From Bacteroidales bacterium (GTDB taxonomy: Bacteria > Bacteroidota > Bacteroidia > Bacteroidales > VadinHA17): a DNA stretch of 64,000 nucleotides. The stretch spans positions 2,657-66,656 of the forward strand of contig JAVEXG010000005.1 in the NCBI GenBank assembly GCA_034004115.1. Direction: 5' to 3'. The translations under genes were made by a program, and so were the position numbers. The notes under the pieces were generated by a model, which was not told the DNA's origin, did not search any database, and saw only the letters and a program-made list of their open reading frames with translations. Positions 49,001 through 56,528 of this stretch are shown here, one piece after another; position 1 is the first letter of the stretch, and every line of letters starts with the position of its first letter.

Positions 49001-50041
49001 CTATGCCCAGGATAATTTCTTCTTAAAAGCCAGGGCTACATTTACCAGAAGTATTAAAACGGGAACTTCAACCAAAGGACCGATGACTGTCGCAAAAGCA
49101 ACCTGAGAATTAATCCCGAAGACAGCCACACCCACAGCGATTGCAAGTTCAAAATCATTGCTTCCTGCCGTGAAAGCCATGGTTGCTGATTTTTCATATC
49201 CGGTTCCAATCCATCTGGCAATGAAGAATGTGGAGAAGAACATTACTGCAAAATAAATAGTGTATGGAACAGCTACCCTGAGGACATCCATCGGCAGCTT
49301 TATTATGTTTTCACCCTTCAGCGAGAACATAACGAAAATTGTAAAAAGAAGAGCTATGGGTGTGAGCCAGGATACTTTGGGAATAAATTTTCCATAATAC
49401 CATTCATCATTTTTAACTCTTCTCAGAATAGTGTTTGTAATTAATCCTGCAAGAAAGGGTATCCCCAGATAGATCAGTACGGTAACAGCAATTTCGGATA
49501 TTGACACCTCAACCACCGAACCGCTTAATCCGAAAAATGTCGGAAGAATTGTTACGAAAAAATACGCATACACGGAGTAAAGGAACACCTGAAACAGGGC
49601 ATTGAAAGCCACCAGGCCGGCAGCCAGCTCAGTGTCGCCTTTTGCAAGGTCGTTCCATACAAGAACCATCGCAATGCACCGGGCAAGTCCGACAAGAATG
49701 ACTCCAACCATCAGATCCGGATGATTGTGAAGGAACAGGATTGCCAGAAGGAACATCACGATGGGTCCGATGATCCAGTTCATCGATAATGACAGGCCCA
49801 GCAATCTGAGGTTTTTGAAGACCAGCGGAAGTTTTTCATACCTCACTTTTGCCAGCGGCGGGTACATCATGAGAATAAGACCTATGGCAATGGGTATATT
49901 CGTGGTGCCTGAACTTAATGAATTCCAGAAACCCGAGATTCCCGGCCAGAAATAGCCAATCAACACTCCGGCAAACATTACAAGAAATATCCACAGGGTA
50001 AGATACCTGTCGAAGAATGAGAGTCGTCTGGTGGTATTCAT
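49001..50041 (-). CDS. acr3: arsenite efflux transporter, ACR3 family
   Basis: '[14 protein letters not shown]' N-terminus, 10-TM BART fold and '[12 protein letters not shown]' (conserved Cys). The start was moved to ATG 50041. Confidence 0.9.
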   Translation of the reverse strand: MNTTRRLSFFDRYLTLWIFLVMFAGVLIGYFWPGISGFWNSLSSGTTNIPIAIGLILMMYPPLAKVRYEKLPLVFKNLRLLGLSLSMNWIIGPIVMFLLAILFLHNHPDLMVGVILVGLARCIAMVLVWNDLAKGDTELAAGLVAFNALFQVFLYSVYAYFFVTILPTFFGLSGSVVEVSISEIAVTVLIYLGIPFLAGLITNTILRRVKNDEWYYGKFIPKVSWLTPIALLFTIFVMFSLKGENIIKLPMDVLRVAVPYTIYFAVMFFSTFFIARWIGTGYEKSATMAFTAGSNDFELAIAVGVAVFGINSQVAFATVIGPLVEVPVLILLVNVALAFKKKLSWA

Positions 50042-50055
50042 TGTGGTAATTTGGT

Positions 50056-50104
50056 AATTTGAAAATTCGGCAATTTGAAAATGAAGAAGAAAGATTTTCA
50101 AATT
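50056..50104 (-). repeat. TTTTCAAATT array A (arsM-acr3 spacer), including an 11-bp inverted pair
   Basis: Gene-sense copies lie at 50065->50056 and 50081->50072. An inverted copy lies at 50095-50104. Positions 50072-50082 and 50094-50104 form a perfect 11-bp hairpin across the arsM stop codon. Confidence 0.85.
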
Positions 50105-50904
50105 CTCTTTTCTCCGGATACCGTTATGCTGAAGATTCCTGCAAGGTCATTCCCGGGCTGGGTTGTTCCCGGATGATCAGAATACTCAGACAGAATTGAA
50201 TCGGGAAGTTCAATCTCCTTTTGCTTATGGACTTTAAGATTATCGAATCCTGCTTCTTTAATGAACTTCAGATATTCGCTTATTTCGCTTGCGCCGGATA
50301 CGCATCCCACATACATCTCTGCATCTTTCTGAATCCTTTCCGGCAGAGTGCCTTTAACAACAACATCAGAGACACAAAAATGAGCACCCGTTTTAAGTAC
50401 CCTGAATATTTCACTGAAGGCTTTGGATTTATCCGGGACAAGGTTCAATACACAATTGGAGATAACTACGTCAAACATATTCTCAGTGAAAGGCATTGAT
50501 TCAATATCCCCGGGGAAAAATTCAACATTGTCGTACTTAAGCTTCTTACAGTTTTCCCTGGCTTTGGCTACCATCTGTTCTGTCAGATCAAGGCCTGTCA
50601 CCTTTCCGGTCTCACCTACTATTGCCCTGGCGACAAAACAATCATTGCCTGCACCGCTTCCAAGGTCAAGAACATGGTCTCCCTTTTTTATTCCGGCATA
50701 GTCCGTAGGAATGCCGCAGCCAAGACTCAGATCAGCATCAGGGTTGTAGCCTTCCCTGTTTTCATAACTATCGCTGAATATTGTCAGATCGGGTCCGGAG
50801 CAGCAACAGGATGAGCTTCCGCAACAGCCATTCTCTTCAATATCCTGTTCGGCAATCTTGCCGTATTTTTCTTTTACAATTTCCTTCAGGTTTTCTGGTT
50901 TCAT
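50098..50904 (-). CDS. arsM: arsenite S-adenosylmethionine methyltransferase
   Basis: SAM motif '[11 protein letters not shown]', an N-terminal Cys cluster '[11 protein letters not shown]', and 'SNCVLNL' and 'GCVSGA' cysteines. Confidence 0.85.
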   Translation of the reverse strand: MKPENLKEIVKEKYGKIAEQDIEENGCCGSSSCCCSGPDLTIFSDSYENREGYNPDADLSLGCGIPTDYAGIKKGDHVLDLGSGAGNDCFVARAIVGETGKVTGLDLTEQMVAKARENCKKLKYDNVEFFPGDIESMPFTENMFDVVISNCVLNLVPDKSKAFSEIFRVLKTGAHFCVSDVVVKGTLPERIQKDAEMYVGCVSGASEISEYLKFIKEAGFDNLKVHKQKEIELPDSILSEYSDHPGTTQPGNDLAGIFSITVSGEKRI

Positions 50905-50918
50905 AATATTACAGGTTG

Positions 50919-51359
50919 TTATTCAGTAAGTTTAATAAGAATATTTACCGCATCGGATACATATTTTTCACACCTGATATCGAATAAATTCCGTTCTTCG
51001 ATAAGTTTATGATCCTCGGGATTGTTAATATCAAGCCCATCCAATAAATCGCGGCAATTCACCGATCCGTTAAGTTTTTTAAATTCATCAAAGAACTTCC
51101 TTGTTTTCAGGTAGGTATCACTCTTTTTCTCTTCAGGGTCGTTCATTCCTTTACCATATCTTAAGCCCAGCACCATCAGTGCACCCGTAATGGCACCGCA
51201 AATATGCTGCTGACGGCCCATTCCTGCACCGAAGGCAGTAGCAATCCTGAGACTCTCATCCTCGGATAATCCGTAGTCGGGTCCAAATGCAGTCAGAACC
51301 GACTGTGAACAGTTAAAATGACCCCTGAAATAATTGATTGCCGTAGTCTGCTTATCCAT
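50919..51359 (-). CDS. C_GCAxxG_C_C family redox protein
   Basis: Shows 'FNCSQSV', 'ICGAITGA' and a C-terminal 'NCRD..' / 'RCEKY' Cys pattern. Confidence 0.75.
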   Translation of the reverse strand: MDKQTTAINYFRGHFNCSQSVLTAFGPDYGLSEDESLRIATAFGAGMGRQQHICGAITGALMVLGLRYGKGMNDPEEKKSDTYLKTRKFFDEFKKLNGSVNCRDLLDGLDINNPEDHKLIEERNLFDIRCEKYVSDAVNILIKLTE

Positions 51360-51783
51360 TTATCTCCGCTTTTATAGTATTTAAATAGAGTGTCCTGAAG
51401 TCATCCTTAATCAAGTCACGGATTCTCCTGAATTCACTCAAAACATATTCATCTGTTCCTGTCCTTCGGGAGGGATCTTCATATCCCATATGCAGGCGGT
51501 GCTTCACTTTGCCTGTGAATACCGGACAGGTCTCATTTGCCTCATCGCACACTGTGATAACATAATCCCATTCATCACTAATGTACTTGTTTGCATTCTT
51601 TGGATAGTGGCTGCTGATATCTATTCCGGCTTCAGCCATGACTTTTACGGCCGTTAAATTAATACTTCCGGCGGGAATGGTGCCTGCTGAATGCACTTCA
51701 ATTCTCCTGTCGAATGACTGAAGGAAGCCATGAGCCATCTGACTGCGGCAACTGTTTCCGGTACAAAGAATAAAAATTTTCAT
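51352..51783 (-). CDS. arsC: arsenate reductase, LMW-PTPase (thioredoxin-coupled) type
   Basis: P-loop 'CTGNSCRSQMA' plus the downstream 'CDEANETCP' cysteines. Confidence 0.85.
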   Translation of the reverse strand: MKIFILCTGNSCRSQMAHGFLQSFDRRIEVHSAGTIPAGSINLTAVKVMAEAGIDISSHYPKNANKYISDEWDYVITVCDEANETCPVFTGKVKHRLHMGYEDPSRRTGTDEYVLSEFRRIRDLIKDDFRTLYLNTIKAEING

Positions 51784-51853
51784 CCTGTGTGGTTTGCAGT
51801 TGATTTATCAAAACTGGGAATAATTGTCTTTTTCTTGCAAATTTATAAAATCA

Positions 51854-51871
51854 TTTCGTAATTTTGCGAAA
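51854..51871. promoter_or_regulatory. imperfect palindrome TTTCGTAATTTTGCGAAA upstream of arsR-1
   Basis: It lies 22 nt upstream of the arsR-1 ATG, in the arsC/arsR divergent spacer. It matches the perfect palindrome at 59955-59974 at 16 of 18 positions. Confidence 0.45.
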
Positions 51872-51892
51872 CATCAAACTATATATTTTATA

Positions 51893-52255
51893 ATGTCAGC
51901 AAAATTAGAATTTACACAGGAAGTTCAGAGGATCGCCGGATTTTCAAAGGCTCTCAGTCATCCTGTGAGAGTATACATTTTGCAAAAACTCTCCAAGATG
52001 GGCTCCTGTTGCTACAGCGGGGATCTGGTCGAAGAACTCCCGGTGGGCAGGTCCACCCTTTCACAGCATCTGAAGGAACTGAAATATGCAGGGCTGATAC
52101 AGGGAGAAATCAATCCGCCCTATATTAAATATTGTATCAACAGGAAGAACTGGGAAGAAGCCAGACAGCTTTTTCTTTCATTTCTCAGTGAAGGTGATGC
52201 AGGAGTAATAAACTGCGAATTGAATGAATTCTCAGGCAGCAAATCCCCCAATTAA
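51893..52255 (+). CDS. arsR: ArsR/SmtB-family transcriptional regulator (copy 1)
   Basis: 'FSKALSHPVRVYILQKL', a 'CC' metalloid-site-like pair and 'STLSQHLKELKYAGLI'. The start was moved to ATG 51893. Confidence 0.85.
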   Translation: MSAKLEFTQEVQRIAGFSKALSHPVRVYILQKLSKMGSCCYSGDLVEELPVGRSTLSQHLKELKYAGLIQGEINPPYIKYCINRKNWEEARQLFLSFLSEGDAGVINCELNEFSGSKSPN

Positions 52256-52259
52256 CTTA

Positions 52260-52337
52260 TTTTCAAATTAGCACATTTTCAAATTGATTTTTCCATTTTC
52301 AAATTCTCAAATTCTCAAATTCTCAAATTTTCAAATT
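52260..52337 (+). repeat. TTTTCAAATT array B with an 8-nt tandem run (ATTCTCAA x3)
   Basis: Copies start at 52260, 52276, 52296 and 52328. The last copy ends 4 nt before the ATG at 52342. Confidence 0.9.
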
Positions 52338-52341
52338 ATCT

Positions 52342-52581
52342 ATGGACATAAAGATTTTAGGAACAGGCTGTCCCAAATGCATTACCCTCGAAAAAGTTAC
52401 CCGCGAGGCTGTTGCAGAAACAGGTATCGATGCAACAATCGAAAAAGTGGATGACATAGTTAAAATATTGGAGTACAGGATTATGCATACGCCCGGACTG
52501 GTTATTAACGGGAAAGTAGTCCTCAGCGGACAGGTGCCAACGGTAAACAAGGTGAAAGAAATTCTCATTCAAAACCAATAA
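52342..52581 (+). CDS. small thioredoxin-fold protein (redox-active disulfide protein 2 type)
   Basis: 79 aa beginning 'KILGTGCPKC'. Confidence 0.75.
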   Translation: MDIKILGTGCPKCITLEKVTREAVAETGIDATIEKVDDIVKILEYRIMHTPGLVINGKVVLSGQVPTVNKVKEILIQNQ

Positions 52582-52592
52582 CTCAGGAAACC

Positions 52593-53021
52593 ATGAAGAA
52601 ATTCAGATTAATTATTGCAATGTTGATGTTTGTCCCTTTTGTTGCATGCAACTCACAGCAGGCGAGTAAACAGGCAGAATCTTCGGACAGCAACTCCGAT
52701 AAAATTGAAGCTTATTATTTTCATTTCACTGCCCGGTGTGTGACGTGCAATACGATTGAGGCAAAAGCAAAGGAGAATCTTCAGACACTATATCCGAACC
52801 AGTTTAACCAGGGATTGATAACATTTCAATCTTTGAACCTTGAAGAATCAGTTAACAAGCCGCTTGCAGACAAACTTGGTGTTTCAGGACAGACTCTTCT
52901 TATAGTGAAGGGAGACAAGAAGGTCAATCTCACCAACGAGGGCTTCCTGTATGCGGTTGCCAAACCCGAAAAATTCAGGGAGATAATCAACGAGAAGGTT
53001 GACGGTCTGCTGGCTCAGTAG
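52593..53021 (+). CDS. lipoprotein with CxxC (thioredoxin-like; possibly ArsF-family)
   Basis: Lipobox 'FVACN' and 'FTARCVTCN'. It is paired with a CcdA-like gene, as in loci I recall being annotated ArsF/ArsG; that naming is from memory only. Confidence 0.4.
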   Translation: MKKFRLIIAMLMFVPFVACNSQQASKQAESSDSNSDKIEAYYFHFTARCVTCNTIEAKAKENLQTLYPNQFNQGLITFQSLNLEESVNKPLADKLGVSGQTLLIVKGDKKVNLTNEGFLYAVAKPEKFREIINEKVDGLLAQ

Positions 53022-53025
53022 CTAA

Positions 53026-53724
53026 ATGGAATTTCTGACAAATCTGCTGGATAACAGCACCATGCCGTGGCTGACGGCATTGCTGCTGGGTCTTATGACT
53101 GCCATAAGCCCCTGTCCGCTGGCCACAAACATCACTGCTATCGGATTTATAAGCAAAGACATTGAAAACCGCAACAGGGTATTCATCAACGGCCTGGTCT
53201 ATACTCTTGGCAGGGCAATCACCTATACTGCAATAGCACTGATAATCTTCCTTGGAGCTGATCAGCTGAAGTTTGGGGGATTCTTTCAGCGATATGGGGA
53301 GAAGATCATTGGTCCGTTGCTGATAGTTATAGGTTTATTCATGCTTGATATTATCAGAATAAAATTTCCGGGATTTAACAGGCTGACATCAGGGATGCAG
53401 GATAAAAAGAAGTGGAGGTACGGGGATGCACTGCTGCTTGGATTGCTTTTTGCCCTTGCATTCTGCCCCTACAGCGGCGTGCTGTATTTCGGCATGCTTG
53501 TCCCGCTTACTGTTGCCAGTGTCTCAGGACTTTACCTCCCGGTCATCTTTGCAGTGGCAACTGGAATTCCGGTGATAATAATCGCATGGGTACTTGCCTA
53601 TACAGTTTCCGGGATCGGTAATGTATACAACAAGATTAAGGCATTTGAGCTATGGTTCAGACGGATAATTGCCATTCTGTTCATTGTCGTCGGAATTTAT
53701 TATATCATAAGGATATATGTGTAA
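53026..53724 (+). CDS. CcdA/DsbD-like membrane thiol-disulfide transporter (possibly ArsG-family)
   Basis: Six TM helices, with 'AISPCPLATN' and 'AFCPYSG' Cys-Pro motifs in TM1 and TM4. Confidence 0.6.
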   Translation: MEFLTNLLDNSTMPWLTALLLGLMTAISPCPLATNITAIGFISKDIENRNRVFINGLVYTLGRAITYTAIALIIFLGADQLKFGGFFQRYGEKIIGPLLIVIGLFMLDIIRIKFPGFNRLTSGMQDKKKWRYGDALLLGLLFALAFCPYSGVLYFGMLVPLTVASVSGLYLPVIFAVATGIPVIIIAWVLAYTVSGIGNVYNKIKAFELWFRRIIAILFIVVGIYYIIRIYV

Positions 53725-53749
53725 TCGTTTTACGCGGCATGCATTATTA

Positions 53750-53790
53750 GGTATTCGGTAATCGGTATTCGGTAATCGGTAATTCGGTGG
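53750..53790 (+). repeat. tandem repeat GGTATTCGGTAATC x2 plus a degenerate third unit
   Basis: 53750-53763 equals 53764-53777, followed by GGTAATTCGGTGG. Confidence 0.9.
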
Positions 53791-53799
53791 GTACAGACA

Positions 53800-53841
53800 T
53801 TTTCAAATTTTCAAATTGCCTCATTTTCAAATTTTCAAATT
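53800..53841 (+). repeat. TTTTCAAATT array C
   Basis: Copies start at 53800, 53808, 53824 and 53832. The last copy ends 3 nt before the ATG at 53845. Confidence 0.9.
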
Positions 53842-53844
53842 ATC

Positions 53845-55188
53845 ATGGAACTCAAAAAAGAAATAAAAATACTATTCTGGATTGCAGCAGTTTTTGCATT
53901 TGCTTTCTTTTTACCAATAGAGAGTGCAAGGTTCAATACTGCCATCGCCGCAACACTCGATCTTGTAAAATGGTATGCACAGGAACATGTTATTCTCTGT
54001 CTGCTTCCGGCGTTTTTTATTGCTGGAGTAATTTCAGTTTTCGTGAGTCAGGCTTCTGTATTGAAATATTTCGGAGCACAGGCAAAAAAATGGGTAGCGT
54101 ATACTATAGCCTCTGTTTCAGGAACAATACTTGCTGTCTGTTCATGCACAATCCTTCCGTTGTTTTCAAGCATTCATAAGAGAGGTGCAGGTCTTGGTCC
54201 GGCAATCGCGTTTTTATACTCGGGACCCGCAATAAATATCCTGGCAATAATACTTACTGCAAGGATCCTTGGTTTTGAGATGGGTGTTGCAAGGATTATC
54301 GGAGCGGTAACATTCAGCATAATTATAGGATTACTTATGTCATTTGTCTACCGGAAAGAGGAAAAAGCCAAAAGAGAAGAGCAGATGAATATTGTTCCTC
54401 CGCCCGAGAAGAGGCCAATGTGGCAGACATCCTTACACTTCTTCACCCTCGTTCTGATCCTTGTCTTTGCCAACTGGGGAAAGCCGGCTGAAGGTGATAC
54501 AACAAGTACCTGGTATTCAATCTGGCATTATAAGTGGTGGATCACCGGCTTCTTCAGTATTGTTCTGGGCTATTCGCTTATTAAAATTCTAAAGATCAAA
54601 TGGCAATGGGTGCTTGGAGCTTTCCTTGTTACCATAGCCTCAGTTGTTCTCTCAAATAATCTTATCGAAAGCGATAAGCTAAGACCTCTTGTACCGATGC
54701 TTGTTGGAATAATTGCATTGAGTGTTATAACGATTCTCGATAAAGTGGATGAAGATAACAAAGCGTGGACAATTGCAACCTGGGATTTTGCCAAACAGAT
54801 CCTCCCGTTGCTTGCCATCGGAGTGGTTACAGCAGGTTTTCTGCTCGGATCAACTCACGACGGCAAGACAATTGCAGGAGTTATACCAAATGAATGGATA
54901 TCAGCGCTTGTCGGAGGCAATTCGGTATTTTCAAACTTTTTTGCTTCAATTGTGGGGGCATTCATGTACTTTGCAACCCTGACTGAAGTGCCTATTCTGC
55001 AGGGACTTATTGCATCGGGTATGGGGAAAGGTCCCGCACTTGCACTTCTGCTTGCCGGACCATCACTCTCATTGCCAAATATGCTTGTTATAAGAGGTAT
55101 TATTGGTACCCGGAAAACAATAGTTTATGTAAGTCTCGTTGTTATAATGGCTACGATTACCGGACTTATCTATGGTTCAATTTTTTAA
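53845..55188 (+). CDS. permease of the ArsP/DUF318 type
   Basis: 447 aa and polytopic, with the 'AVCSCTILPLF' vicinal-Cys motif typical of this permease family. Confidence 0.6.
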   Translation: MELKKEIKILFWIAAVFAFAFFLPIESARFNTAIAATLDLVKWYAQEHVILCLLPAFFIAGVISVFVSQASVLKYFGAQAKKWVAYTIASVSGTILAVCSCTILPLFSSIHKRGAGLGPAIAFLYSGPAINILAIILTARILGFEMGVARIIGAVTFSIIIGLLMSFVYRKEEKAKREEQMNIVPPPEKRPMWQTSLHFFTLVLILVFANWGKPAEGDTTSTWYSIWHYKWWITGFFSIVLGYSLIKILKIKWQWVLGAFLVTIASVVLSNNLIESDKLRPLVPMLVGIIALSVITILDKVDEDNKAWTIATWDFAKQILPLLAIGVVTAGFLLGSTHDGKTIAGVIPNEWISALVGGNSVFSNFFASIVGAFMYFATLTEVPILQGLIASGMGKGPALALLLAGPSLSLPNMLVIRGIIGTRKTIVYVSLVVIMATITGLIYGSIF

Positions 55189-55207
55189 TCAACCAAACCA
55201 TCTCAAA

Positions 55208-55609
55208 ATGAAATTATTAAGAAAATCCGTTTTGCTCTTTTTCACACTTGCCGTACTTATTATAAATACTGACTGTTCAGGTCAATCTCCAAAAGCAGGA
55301 GAAAAAGCAGATAAAGGAACAGAATCGTATAAGGTTACTTTTATTGAGCTTGGCTCTGTAAAATGTATCCCCTGCCAGCAAATGCAGCCTGTAATGAAAT
55401 CAGTTGAAGAGAAATACGGTAAAGATGTAAAGGTTGTTTTCCATGATGTTTGGACTGAAGCAGGTGCTCCTTTTGCAAAACAATATGGAATTGAAGCAAT
55501 TCCCACACAGGTTTTTCTTGACGAAAACGGACAGGAATATTTCAGGCATGTTGGCTTCTTTCCTGAAGATGAACTTGTCAAGGTGCTTAAGCAGAAAGGG
55601 ATAAAGTAA
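55208..55609 (+). CDS. secreted thioredoxin-family protein
   Basis: Signal peptide, 'GSVKCIPCQQM' CxxC motif and 'AIPTQVF'. The start was moved to ATG 55208. Confidence 0.7.
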   Translation: MKLLRKSVLLFFTLAVLIINTDCSGQSPKAGEKADKGTESYKVTFIELGSVKCIPCQQMQPVMKSVEEKYGKDVKVVFHDVWTEAGAPFAKQYGIEAIPTQVFLDENGQEYFRHVGFFPEDELVKVLKQKGIK

Positions 55610-55638
55610 TGGTTTGTTCTAATTCATAAGTAAAAAGT

Positions 55639-56409
55639 CTATGGTTTGATTTTTTCAAACAGACCTATGAGTTTGGTTTTATAGATCTCTGCAATCTGCT
55701 GTTCATTCTCCCCTATTGGTTTCACAGGTATCAGATCAATAACATCTGAAGCAGCTAAACCGGATTTATACATCAGATCGAGAGATGCAATTATTGTCTC
55801 ATAGATGGATTTCTTGCTCTCTTCTTCAGAAAGGCCGATTTTACCTCCTATTTCAGCAAGCTCTCTCCACTGGAACCAGAAATATGTGGGAAGCATTGCA
55901 GACAAGATTGCATAACTTTCTAGCTTTTCTTCGGAGACTTCAAATGTGGTCCCAAGCGAACTTAACATATCCATCACCTCTTTCTTCGCTGAAGGATCAA
56001 ATCCAGCCGCAAACGTCACCGGATTATACCCCTGATTAATGTATGATGTGGCGTTGGGGATAAGCCGCGCGAGGTTTTTAACGTGTCCGAATTTCATTGA
56101 TAACTTAGGCAGATTGATTTTTGGAGCCAGCGATACAACAACCGCATCCGACCTAACATCATTCTTAACAAGCTCGAGGGTATCCATCACAACCGGCGGA
56201 TGAAGAGCTATGAAAACAATATCCTGGCTGGCCGCAGTGGCTGCATCGGACGATTCAACCTCCGGGAACTGCTTTTTCAGATTTGCCAGAACTTCCGGAT
56301 TGATGTCTGTCACGACAATCTTTCCGCTTAGTGCATTTTTGTTTTTAAACCCTTGCAGAAGGATTTTTGTCACCCTTCCGCCACCAATAAAACCAATTGA
56401 TTTTTTCAT
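55639..56409 (-). CDS. pyrroline-5-carboxylate-reductase-like NAD(P)-binding oxidoreductase
   Basis: 'IGFIGGGRVTKILLQG' Rossmann motif with a ProC-like dimerisation C-terminus. Confidence 0.6.
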   Translation of the reverse strand: MKKSIGFIGGGRVTKILLQGFKNKNALSGKIVVTDINPEVLANLKKQFPEVESSDAATAASQDIVFIALHPPVVMDTLELVKNDVRSDAVVVSLAPKINLPKLSMKFGHVKNLARLIPNATSYINQGYNPVTFAAGFDPSAKKEVMDMLSSLGTTFEVSEEKLESYAILSAMLPTYFWFQWRELAEIGGKIGLSEEESKKSIYETIIASLDLMYKSGLAASDVIDLIPVKPIGENEQQIAEIYKTKLIGLFEKIKP

Positions 56410-56528
56410 GGTATTATTTTTTAATTGTTTGATTATAAAATACTATCATCATTAATGTACATAAGATTCCAAATCGCTCGAAAATCAATTTTTTTACCCC
56501 ATCCCCAAGGGGAGCAAATTGAATATCA

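Noticed and set aside
52256-53844. A CRISPR array or minisatellite interpretation of the TTTTCAAATT runs.
   Set aside because: The units are 8-10 nt with no unique spacers of CRISPR size, and no cas genes are present. These are short tandem or iterated motifs in 5' leaders, not CRISPR.
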